A stretch of 64,000 nt of DNA, taken from positions 3,552,001 through 3,616,000 of the forward strand of contig OZ240241.1 in the NCBI GenBank assembly GCA_965198115.1, given 5' to 3'. Shown here in pieces: positions 1 to 8,868 of the stretch (position 1 is the stretch's first letter; every line of letters starts with the position of its first letter). Source of the stretch: Candidatus Latescibacterota bacterium (GTDB lineage: Bacteria; Latescibacterota; UBA2968). The position numbers were made by a program, and so were the translations under genes. The notes below the pieces were generated by a model. It saw only the letters and a program-made list of their open reading frames with translations, was not told where the DNA came from and did no database searches.

Positions 1-1
1 G

Positions 2-796
2 ACTACGCAACTCGTGTCGCATGAAGGAATCCCACTCGGTACGAAGGTCCTGCATGTGCTGTTCGAGCTGTTTGCGCGTCGTGATGTCGATCAGCGTTTC
101 GATGTAGAATTGGTCGTCATCCCGCGCGACGATGCCGATGTGCATTTCGACCGGCACGCGTGCATCGTCCTTCCCGATGAGATCGATCTCGACGCCGGCT
201 AGTAGGTGCTCATCTGCATAGGCAAGATCCGCCGACACGGTCTCCCACGAAATGGAATGCACTTTGTCGAAATCCTGACCGATCAGCTCGCCGAGTGAAA
301 AGCCCGTCAGCTCAGCCGCCCGGCTGTTGGCCTGCAAGATCTGTCCCGTTTCGGGGTCCCCGATGAAGACCGCGTCGGCAATGCTCTCGAAGAGGTTCCG
401 ATACTCCATCTCGAGCGCGCGTATTTCTCTCAGGTCACGCAGCCGGACCAAAAAGTCGTTGTCGGCACCCTCGATCGCGCGGACTTCGAGCATCATCGGA
501 ACCCGCCGGCCGTCCGCCGACAGGACCCCGACTTCGACTTCGGGCATGTCCGTTCCTTCACGGACCCCTCGCAGGACCACCTCGAAGTCAGAGTGGCTGG
601 CGCCATCGAGCAGCTCTGAAACGGCGCGCTCGCCATTCGCCTCGGGCGGGTAGCCCAGCAGGTCTTCCAACCGGGCGTTTGCGACCCCAACACGGCCGTC
701 CTTGTCGATCGTCAACAAAAGGTCGGGTGCCGCATCGAACAGGTGCCTGTAGGGCACGCGTGTCTGCTCGATCGAACCGGGTGTGGTCTTCCCCAA
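2..796 (-). CDS. PAS-PAS sensor histidine kinase, N-terminal part (runs off the window)
   Basis: Translated by hand from TTG 796: MGKTTPGSIEQTRVPYRHLFDAAPDLLLTIDKDG (PAS), EYRNLFESIADAVFIGD (PAS 2), and H-box FMRHELRS at the window edge. Not in the ORF track because it has no stop in the window. Confidence 0.85.
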   Translation of the reverse strand, partial: MGKTTPGSIEQTRVPYRHLFDAAPDLLLTIDKDGRVGVANARLEDLLGYPPEANGERAVSELLDGASHSDFEVVLRGVREGTDMPEVEVGVLSADGRRVPMMLEVRAIEGADNDFLVRLRDLREIRALEMEYRNLFESIADAVFIGDPETGQILQANSRAAELTGFSLGELIGQDFDKVHSISWETVSADLAYADEHLLAGVEIDLIGKDDARVPVEMHIGIVARDDDQFYIETLIDITTRKQLEQHMQDLRTEWDSFMRHELRS

Positions 797-797
797 A

Positions 798-1595
798 TCA
801 GAATCCGTAGTGTTGGCTAAGCTGAGACTTGAGCGTTTCGAACGCTTCGGTGGGTGTATCGGCAAAATGAAAGAGCGACAGGTCGTCCTTGCTGATCATC
901 CCCCAATCGACCAGCGCCTGGAAATCGATCACCTTATTCCAAAAGTCGGGTCCGTAGATTACGATAGGGAGGGGTCGATCGACCTTTCCGGTTTGCACGA
1001 GAGTCAGCACTTCCATCATCTCATCCAGAGTACCGAATCCCCCGGGGAAAACCACCAGGGCCTTTGCCATGTACACGAACCACAGTTTCCGCATGAAAAA
1101 GTAGTGAAACTCGAATCCGAGACCCTCAGAGATGTAGGCATTCGCGTATTGCTCGAACGGCAGACTGATGTTCAACCCCACCGAGGGGCCTCCTGCCTCG
1201 AACGCGCCCCGGTTCGCTGCTTCCATGATTCCAGGGGCCCCTCCCGAACAGACCGCAAAGCGGTGGGCGGGATCGAGCTCACGAGACCACTCCGTCAACA
1301 ACCCGGAAAGCTCAACAGCGTCTCCGTAATAGCGGGACATCTCCGCCGCCCGTCCCTGCTCTGAGACCAAAGCGGGGTCCCCACGCTGCGCATCCTCGAG
1401 AACCTGGCCTGTCGTTTCGTGGTCCCTGATTCGAGCGGAACCGAAAAAGACGACTGTGTTCTGAATCTTTTCCTCGCGGAAGCGTTGCAGTGGATGGGAA
1501 TACTCCGAAAGAATGCGAATCGTTCTCGCTTCTCTTCCGTTCAGGAAATCCAAATTCTTGTAGGCCTTGACGGGTGTTCCGGCGGCCTCTTGCAT
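798..1595 (-). CDS. LOG family (TIGR00730-type) nucleotide monophosphate nucleosidase
   Basis: Motifs VVFFGSAR, GGAPGIMEAANRGA, FHYFFMRK, PGGFGTLDE. Confidence 0.9.
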   Translation of the reverse strand: MQEAAGTPVKAYKNLDFLNGREARTIRILSEYSHPLQRFREEKIQNTVVFFGSARIRDHETTGQVLEDAQRGDPALVSEQGRAAEMSRYYGDAVELSGLLTEWSRELDPAHRFAVCSGGAPGIMEAANRGAFEAGGPSVGLNISLPFEQYANAYISEGLGFEFHYFFMRKLWFVYMAKALVVFPGGFGTLDEMMEVLTLVQTGKVDRPLPIVIYGPDFWNKVIDFQALVDWGMISKDDLSLFHFADTPTEAFETLKSQLSQHYGF

Positions 1596-1645
1596 AACGC
1601 TACCTAACCTTCAGAAATTGTTGATGTTTAGGACAAAATCTGGCG

Positions 1646-1674
1646 AGTATACCCGCTGACCGTCAGACTGTCAA
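1646..1674 (-). promoter_or_regulatory. sigma70-type promoter for LOG-kinase genes
   Basis: Minus strand TTGACA-N17-TATACT. Confidence 0.7.
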
Positions 1675-1695
1675 ACCAATTTCGCCCGACGAAGC

Positions 1696-1724
1696 TTGCA
1701 CCGGGTCTAAGGATACGCTAAAAT
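1696..1724 (+). promoter_or_regulatory. sigma70-type promoter for the GT2 cluster (divergent)
   Basis: TTGCAC-N17-TAAAAT. Confidence 0.6.
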
Positions 1725-1804
1725 GGCCCGCAATCGATGGACACCACGATTAAAATCTCCGCAACTCCCGTTCTTCGCTCCCCCCGTCGGATCGGAGTCG
1801 TCCC

Positions 1805-2884
1805 GTGCTGAGTCTGTTCGTCATCATCGGGGTTGCCTACGGTGTCGTCGCACTCGTGCTGGCGCTCGGCGTGGTCCGAAGCCGGGCCGAACAGGTGCTC
1901 CATTGCCCGACCGTCAGTGTCCTCGTCGCGGCCCGGAATGCTGAAGACAGCATCGACGCGTGCCTGGGTGCGCTCGCAGCACAGGCATACCCCGACGTGT
2001 TGTCTATCGTCATCGCCGACGATCGGTCCGAGGACCAAACTGGCCAGCGCGCTCGGAGCTGGTCCGACCGGATCGATCGGCTGACCGTCGTCGATGTGGA
2101 CCAGACCTACCATCGCTGTCCTAAGAAGAACGCCCTCGAACACGCGCTTCGCGCCTCGACAGGCGACATCATCCTGACGACGGACGCGGACTGCATCCCC
2201 CCGCCCGAATGGGTCGCGCGGACGGTATCACGGTTCGGCGAACACGTTGGAGCGGTCGTGGGCCCTGCGCCGCTCGAGGGTAAGGGGTGGCTCGAACGCG
2301 TTCTGGCTTTTCAATCGCTGGTCGTAGGAGCCATCGCCATCGGTAGTGCGGGACTCGGGCGACCGCTGACGTGCTCGGGCCGCAATTTCGCCTTCCGCCG
2401 CTCCGCTTACCACGCCGTCGGGGGCTACTCGCCCTGGGGCAGTCTGATCGGCGGCGACGACGTCTTTCTGATGCGTGCCATCGCCGGTCACCGGGATTGG
2501 AACGTCGTCTACAACAGCGACCCGGAGGCATCGGTAACCTCTCCCGTCCACTCCGACCGTCTCTGGCGAAGACACCTGCGCTACCAATCGAAGACCCTTC
2601 ATTGCGGCCCCGGAGCCTTGATGGCCGCTCTGCCGGTCTATATATTGCACGTGTTGCTGTTGGCCGTTCCCCTCATCGCGTGGTCGCGGCCCGATTTACT
2701 CCCCATTCTGTTGGGGCTGGCTGTCTTCAAGCTCCTCACAGATGGGGCTTTTCTTTATCCTGCAGCGCGTCGTCTCGGCCAGATGCATTTGATGCGCTGG
2801 TTCCCGGTCGTGGAACTGATCGCCGTTCCCTACGTGGCCATCGTGTCGGCTGTCGGTGCCCTCCGGCCGGCCTCGTGGGCTTAG
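1805..2884 (+). CDS. Membrane-bound glycosyltransferase family 2
   Basis: VSVLVAARN, DDRSED, TDADC, GRNFAFRR, GGDD; N- and C-terminal hydrophobic helices. Confidence 0.9.
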   Translation: MLSLFVIIGVAYGVVALVLALGVVRSRAEQVLHCPTVSVLVAARNAEDSIDACLGALAAQAYPDVLSIVIADDRSEDQTGQRARSWSDRIDRLTVVDVDQTYHRCPKKNALEHALRASTGDIILTTDADCIPPPEWVARTVSRFGEHVGAVVGPAPLEGKGWLERVLAFQSLVVGAIAIGSAGLGRPLTCSGRNFAFRRSAYHAVGGYSPWGSLIGGDDVFLMRAIAGHRDWNVVYNSDPEASVTSPVHSDRLWRRHLRYQSKTLHCGPGALMAALPVYILHVLLLAVPLIAWSRPDLLPILLGLAVFKLLTDGAFLYPAARRLGQMHLMRWFPVVELIAVPYVAIVSAVGALRPASWA

Positions 2885-2891
2885 GACACTC

Positions 2892-3950
2892 ATGCTCTCA
2901 CTCAAACTGCTACCCCGCACCATCTTGCGTTACCATCGCGTGGCCACCCCCCGCCGCCTGTGGAACGCCACCAAAGTAGTCGCCTCTTACGGTCTGTCGA
3001 ACCTCCTGCGCCGCGACATTCGTGCGGGCATGCCCCTCATGCTGATGGTGGAACCGACCAACCACTGCAACCTGGAATGCCCTCTCTGTCCGTCCGGCAA
3101 TGGCGAAATGACACGCCCGCGCGGAATCATGCCTTTCGACCATTTTCAGCGGGTCTTCGACCCTCTGGCAGACGACCTGCTTCTCCTGCTGCTGTGGAAT
3201 CAGGGTGAGCCTTTCATCAACAAGGACCTCACTCGCATGGTTCGACACGCGGCCTCACGGAACGTCTCCACGATCACGAGCACGAACGTCCACTACGTGC
3301 GGTCGGACGCCGAGGCCGAAGACATCGTCTCCAGCGGCCTGAGCGAACTGATCCTCTGCCTCGACGGTGTCGACCCGGAGACGTATGTCAAGTATCGCGT
3401 GGGGGGCAATTTCGAGCGCGTTCTGGATGGTATCGACCGAATCACCCGTGCCAAGCGACGACTCGGTCTGGAAGACCCCCTCATCCACCTGCAATTCATC
3501 ATCATGAAACACAACGAAGACCAGATCGAAGCTGCTCGCAACCTGGCGAAGAAATACGGCGTCGACCGTCTATCTCTCAAGACTGCCCAGGTCTACACGG
3601 ACGAGGATGTCGTAGAATTCCTCCCGACCGACGAATCACTCAGCCGTTATGACTACGACGCTGACCACCTGAAGACGAAAGCTCGTCTCAAGAATACGTG
3701 TCGCCACCTCTGGTATAGCACGGTCGTCAACTGGGACGGATCCGTCTCGCCCTGCTGTTTCGACAAGGACGTGCACTACGGGCTCGGGCAGGCTCTGAGC
3801 GGATCGTCGTTCGACGAGATCTGGGCAGGCGATCGCTACACCCGGTTCCGGAACGAAATCTTGGCTGACCGATCTTCCGTGCCCATTTGTAACAATTGTT
3901 CCGAAGGCATCAAGGGACTCTTTTACGACATCGAGGAGGTCACCCCGTGA
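2892..3950 (+). CDS. Radical SAM protein with SPASM/twitch domain
   Basis: CNLECPLC (CxxxCxxC), GEP motif, C-terminal CRHLW...DGSVSPCCFD...ICNNC; ATG 2892 follows AGGA. Confidence 0.92.
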   Translation: MLSLKLLPRTILRYHRVATPRRLWNATKVVASYGLSNLLRRDIRAGMPLMLMVEPTNHCNLECPLCPSGNGEMTRPRGIMPFDHFQRVFDPLADDLLLLLLWNQGEPFINKDLTRMVRHAASRNVSTITSTNVHYVRSDAEAEDIVSSGLSELILCLDGVDPETYVKYRVGGNFERVLDGIDRITRAKRRLGLEDPLIHLQFIIMKHNEDQIEAARNLAKKYGVDRLSLKTAQVYTDEDVVEFLPTDESLSRYDYDADHLKTKARLKNTCRHLWYSTVVNWDGSVSPCCFDKDVHYGLGQALSGSSFDEIWAGDRYTRFRNEILADRSSVPICNNCSEGIKGLFYDIEEVTP

Positions 3951-5116
3951 CGCTCTTCGACCAGAGCGTTCTCCTCGTGCTCCTCCCCGCCACACTCGTC
4001 TACACCGGCGTGGCCCTATGGTTCTTGCGCGGACTTCACCGCCGGCAGCCAACGGATCGGCTATGTGAGTCCAACCCGTTCGTCAGCGTCGTGATCGCCG
4101 CCCGTAACGAAGAGAGCTACATCGGTCCCTGTCTGGATGCTTTGTCGAACCAGACCTATCCGCAGGATAGATTCGAGGTCCTCGTCATCGACGATGACTC
4201 CACCGACGCAACTTTTCGTGAAGCGTCCGAACGTCCATTCGCGACCGTGTTGCATCCCGACCCACGTTTCAACGACCACGCTGCCAAAAAGAGACCTATG
4301 GCCACGGGCGTCGACCAGGCGAAGGGCTCCATCATTCTGACCACCGACGCAGACTGCACCGTCCCTCCAGGATGGGTGGAGGCCATGACCCGCTCGTTCT
4401 TACCCGACGTCGATGTCGTCATCGGGTTTTCTCAGATTAACGACCGTTCCCGTCCCGGCTCCGTGTGGGAGCAACTCCAGGCGCTGGATTTCCTCGCCCT
4501 GATGGCTGCGGCGGCAGGAGCCGCCGACAACGGAATCCCGCTCGCCGCGACGGGTCAAAACTTGGCCTTCAGGAAGAGCGCCTACGACCGGGTCGGAGGG
4601 TATCACGACATTCGACACCGTCCTTCGGGCGACGATGTGCTTCTTCTCCAATTGCTCACCAGGCGTGGAGGGACACGTGCCGCCTTTTGCTCTGCTTCTG
4701 AGAGCTTTGTATCAACGTGGCGCACAGAGTCACCGCGCGGCTATCTCCGTCAGCGCAGACGCTGGGCCTCCAACGCCTCGATGCAGGTCTTGAACCCGCC
4801 CTTCTTCGCTTACATCGCCTCCGTGTTCGCTGCCAACCTTGCGATCCTTCTGGCCATCCTCACGGGAGGCATCGTAGCGCTCGCCGGTTTAGCCGCCGGC
4901 CTGCTCAAGCTCCTCGGAGACCTGCTCGTCATACGCAAGGGAGCCACAAGGTTCGGTCGCCGTGACCTGCTACGGGTCTTTCCGCTGTGGGCGTTGCTTC
5001 AGCCTCCCTACATCGTCCTCGCCGGCGTCCTTGGCACGACGCTCGGATTCACGTGGAAGAACCGCCAACACACTCATCGATCACCCACTACGGACCTCAA
5101 CCATGCCACAGTGTGA
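3947..5116 (+). CDS. Membrane-bound glycosyltransferase family 2 (paralog of 1805..2884)
   Basis: VSVVIAARNEE, DDDSTD, TDADC, SGDD, QRRRW; GTGA overlap with the radical SAM stop and GGAGG RBS. Confidence 0.9.
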   Translation: MTLFDQSVLLVLLPATLVYTGVALWFLRGLHRRQPTDRLCESNPFVSVVIAARNEESYIGPCLDALSNQTYPQDRFEVLVIDDDSTDATFREASERPFATVLHPDPRFNDHAAKKRPMATGVDQAKGSIILTTDADCTVPPGWVEAMTRSFLPDVDVVIGFSQINDRSRPGSVWEQLQALDFLALMAAAAGAADNGIPLAATGQNLAFRKSAYDRVGGYHDIRHRPSGDDVLLLQLLTRRGGTRAAFCSASESFVSTWRTESPRGYLRQRRRWASNASMQVLNPPFFAYIASVFAANLAILLAILTGGIVALAGLAAGLLKLLGDLLVIRKGATRFGRRDLLRVFPLWALLQPPYIVLAGVLGTTLGFTWKNRQHTHRSPTTDLNHATV

Positions 5117-6064
5117 GTATGTCGGGCCGAGCGGAAACGCGTGCGACAACGACGCCCCGAATGGGAAAGACCGTTGTATCTGGCACGATCACGAGGCATC
5201 GAAACGTGATGTCGACGTGAAGGCACACCTCGAGGAACGCGCCCGCAACTTTCAAAGCTGCGAAGGCTACGAGCTCAACGGGGCGAACCTCGAAGACGCC
5301 TACATCATGGAACTGAACCTGTCTCACGCGAACCTCGAGCGCGCCAACATGAGAAACGGGCACGCCTACAGCATCAACCTGTCGAACGCACGACTGCAAA
5401 AGGCGGATCTACAGGATGCCACGCTCCGGGAAGCGACGCTCACTGATGCCGAGTTGCTCGGCGCCAATCTGGACGGCGCAAGCCTCGACCGAGTCGACTT
5501 CGGGCCTCGCAGCGTGCTGCGCAATCACAAGCTGGCCGACGCGCTGAATCGCGACGGGGACGCGATCGGAACCAAAGCCAAGTTCCAGGAGTCGGAAGAG
5601 ATCTATCGCAGCATTCGCCAGCGATACGGGGCGCGGGGAAAACCGACGTAGCCGGGCAGTTTTTCTACCTCGAAATGGTGAGCAAACGCCGTCAGATGCC
5701 CTATTGGTCGGTCGGTCGATTCTGGTCGAAACTCGTCGACCTCATCTGCGGATACGGCGAAGAGCCCGCACGAGTCATCGGAGTCTCTATCATGGTCGTC
5801 CTCGCGTGTGCCCTCCTGTTCTGCATTTCGGGCATCGGACACGGCGACAACTTCTATGCTTTCTACCTGACGAACGGCTTTGCCGATGTGGCACAGACCT
5901 TTGCCATCTCGGTCTATTACAGCATCGTCACGTTCACCACCCTCGGCTACGGTGACATGGTCGCCAATGGTTGGGGCAAGGGCCTCGCCGCCATGGAAGC
6001 CTTCGTAGGCGTCTTCCTCAACTCCATGTTCCTCCTCACGTTCGCCAAGAAGATGGTGCGTTGA
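5103..6064 (+). CDS. Pentapeptide-repeat protein fused to a 2-TM potassium-channel domain; split by a 1-nt frameshift near 5639
   Basis: Pentapeptide repeats (ANLED, ANLER, ADLQD) in 5103..5651; pore motif TFTTLGYGD in 5675..6064. Adding one A to GGAAAA gives continuous ..ARGKTDVAGQFFYLEMVSKRRQM. Confidence 0.8.
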
Positions 6065-7194
6065 TTCGCGCTCTTTTTGCGGCCCTCACCCTTCTCGTCG
6101 CTTCGTCGGCGGAGGAAGGACGCCCGCGCGCCCGCGACGTAGGCGTTGTGATTGGCCTGCACCCCACGGGCCCGCTCAACGCCATCACCGATGTGGAAGG
6201 CGTTGCCGTAGGCCACGTGACGCTCATCCGCGGTTCGGGCAAGCTGGTCGTCGGTGAAGGTCCTGTCCGAACTGGCGTCACCGCCATCTTGCCACATCCT
6301 GGTGACATCTACGCACAGCCCGTCTACGCAGCGGCCGAGGTCATCAACGGCTACGGTGACATGACCGGCCTATCCTGGATCCACGAAAGCGGCCGGTTGG
6401 AATCGCCGATCATGCTCACCAATTCGGTCAGCATCGGCGCCGTCTACGAGGGCGTCCTGGACTACGGTCTGGAGCACGGTCACGATCCGATGCCCGTCGT
6501 CGCGGAATGCTCTGACGGCGGTCTCAACGACATCAAAGGTCGTCACGTCAAACGCGAACACGCCGTCCAGGCCATTCGTGAGGCTACAATCGGGCCGGTC
6601 GCAGAGGGCTCGGTCGGGGCGGGGACGGGCATGCGATCCTATGGTTACAAGGCCGGAATCGGTACCTCCTCCCGACGAGTGCGGCTCCACCCCGATGAGG
6701 CTCCCCACACAGTCGGAGTTCTGGTCAACGCCAACTTCGGCAGATCGACCAACCTGATCATCGCCGGGATTCCGATGGGTCAGGAACTGCAGGACGCCGC
6801 ACCACCTTCCAGACGCGACGGATCAATCGTCGTCGTGATTGCCACGGACGCCCCGCTAATCCCGATCCAACTCAGGAACTTGTGTCGTCGAGCCACGTTC
6901 GGCATCAGCCGGACTGGGACCTCGTCACGGACGTCCAGTGGAGACTTTGCCATCGCCTTCTCAACAGCGAAAAGGTTCCGATGGGGAGATTCTGGAATCG
7001 ATCGATCAGGGCACGTTCGTCACAGCTACCTCACACCGCTTTACGAAGCCGTGACCGAAGCCACGGAAGAGGCAATTCTGAACGCGATGTTCAAAGCCGA
7101 CACGATGGTGGGACGTGACGGTAATGTCATGCCCGGCCTGCCGATCGAAAAGGTTTCCGAGATTCTGAGACGCCACGGAAGGTTGGCGGAGTGA
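6061..7194 (+). CDS. DmpA-like P1 (S58) aminopeptidase with signal peptide
   Basis: NAITDVEGVAVGH, VRTGVTAILPH, EGSVGAGTGM, GSIVVVIATDAPL, SGDFAIAFST. Confidence 0.9.
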   Translation: MIRALFAALTLLVASSAEEGRPRARDVGVVIGLHPTGPLNAITDVEGVAVGHVTLIRGSGKLVVGEGPVRTGVTAILPHPGDIYAQPVYAAAEVINGYGDMTGLSWIHESGRLESPIMLTNSVSIGAVYEGVLDYGLEHGHDPMPVVAECSDGGLNDIKGRHVKREHAVQAIREATIGPVAEGSVGAGTGMRSYGYKAGIGTSSRRVRLHPDEAPHTVGVLVNANFGRSTNLIIAGIPMGQELQDAAPPSRRDGSIVVVIATDAPLIPIQLRNLCRRATFGISRTGTSSRTSSGDFAIAFSTAKRFRWGDSGIDRSGHVRHSYLTPLYEAVTEATEEAILNAMFKADTMVGRDGNVMPGLPIEKVSEILRRHGRLAE

Positions 7195-8639
7195 GCACCT
7201 CTGTCCTGGTCGGACTCGTCGCCTACGTCGGGGTGACGCTCGGCATCGGAGTCTATGCGGGTCGCCGAATCAAAGGCGCTTCCGATTTCCTCGTCGCGGG
7301 TCGTCGACTCGGGACGGTCCTGGCAACCGGAACGCTCGCTGCGACGTGGTTTGGCGGCGGCATTGTCATCGGTGCGTCGAGCGAGGCCTACAAGCACGGG
7401 TTTCCGGGTGTCATCGCCGACCCCTTTGGAGCCGCGCTCTGTCTCGTCCTCGCAGGCCTCTTCTACGTCCGCACGATGCGACGTATGGGTCTCACGACGA
7501 TCGCCTCGTTCTTCAAGGTTCGATTCGGTCAGACGGCGAGTGTCATCGCCGCCCTCTGTACGATCCCCGCCTATGTGGGGTGGGTCGCCTCGCTGATGGT
7601 GGCGTTCGGCCGCGTCATCCAGACGGTCGCCGACATCGACCCGGAACTCGGTATCTGGATCGGCGCCATCATCGTTCTGATCTACACCACGGTCGGGGGC
7701 ATGTGGGCGGTCACCCTTACAGATTTCGTACAGGTCACCGTGCTCGTTCTGGGTCTCGTCTGGATCACGCCAACCCTCTTGGCCGAAATGGGTGGATGGT
7801 CGGTCTTACGGCCCCAGATGCCGGACGAAATGTTCCATCTCTACCCTCACGCTGGCGACACGATGGCGTGGTTCAACTACGCGCGCGACTGGCTCGTCAT
7901 CGGTCTCGGAAATTTGGCAGGCCAGGACCTCATCCAACGAACGCTCTCCAGTCGGAACGAAACCGTCGCACAGAACAGCGCCTATCTTTCCGCCGTGCTT
8001 TACCTGACCGTCGGTCTACTGCCGGTGTTCTTGGGCATTGCGGCTACGGTCGTCCTTCCGGACTTGGCGAATCCCGATTTCGTGATGATGGAACTGGGAC
8101 GACGCTATCTCCACCCGCTCGCTCTTGCCGTGTTCATGGGAGCGCTCGTCTCCGCCCTGCTCAGCAGCGCCGACAGCGCCCTTCTCGCGCCTGCCAGCGT
8201 CATCAGCTGGGACATTCTCAAGGCCCTGCGTCCCGATGTCGACGAATTGACGGTGCTTCGCGTGTCAAGAATGTGTATTCCCGTGCTGGGCGCGGTGTCG
8301 ATCTACCTCGCCTTCGCACACAACACCGTCTACTCGCTGATGGTCAATTCGTGGTCCATCCTCCTCGCGACGCTCTTCGTCCCGCTGACCGCGGGCATAT
8401 GGTGGCCTCGCGCGAACGATTCTGCGTGCGTGGCATCGATGGTTGCCGGGTTCGTTGCCTATCTAATCTTCACCGAAATCCTGCCCGGGTTACCCGCTGA
8501 CTTGCTTGCCGTACCCGTCGCCGCCCTGGCCCTCGTCGTAGGCAGTCACACGAGCCAAAGTCAACCCCGCCCGCTGCGGACGGAGAGCGGTCAGGAACTC
8601 GTCATGCACGATCGAATGGGTCTTCGCATCCTGTCATAG
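7191..8639 (+). CDS. Sodium:solute symporter (SSS) family transporter
   Basis: DFLVAGRRL, YTTVGGMWAVTLTDFVQ, ALLSSADS; about 13 hydrophobic segments. Confidence 0.9.
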   Translation: MSTSVLVGLVAYVGVTLGIGVYAGRRIKGASDFLVAGRRLGTVLATGTLAATWFGGGIVIGASSEAYKHGFPGVIADPFGAALCLVLAGLFYVRTMRRMGLTTIASFFKVRFGQTASVIAALCTIPAYVGWVASLMVAFGRVIQTVADIDPELGIWIGAIIVLIYTTVGGMWAVTLTDFVQVTVLVLGLVWITPTLLAEMGGWSVLRPQMPDEMFHLYPHAGDTMAWFNYARDWLVIGLGNLAGQDLIQRTLSSRNETVAQNSAYLSAVLYLTVGLLPVFLGIAATVVLPDLANPDFVMMELGRRYLHPLALAVFMGALVSALLSSADSALLAPASVISWDILKALRPDVDELTVLRVSRMCIPVLGAVSIYLAFAHNTVYSLMVNSWSILLATLFVPLTAGIWWPRANDSACVASMVAGFVAYLIFTEILPGLPADLLAVPVAALALVVGSHTSQSQPRPLRTESGQELVMHDRMGLRILS

Positions 8640-8868
8640 TCTGTCCTACAAAATTCGCTTTGTCTCGTCATTCCAACTCCTTATATTATTGACCTGTGGC
8701 ACTTTAGGATGGAAATTCGCCTGCACGTAGTCGGAATTCAGCACACAGTGACCGATTCTGCACTTGGCTCGGGATTCGTTATAACTGTTTGTTTTCCTGG
8801 GTCTTATAAGTAGTCTCTCCACGCTCTCGCTGCTTAGCCCGCGCGTGCAGAAGCCGGGAAGAAACCTT

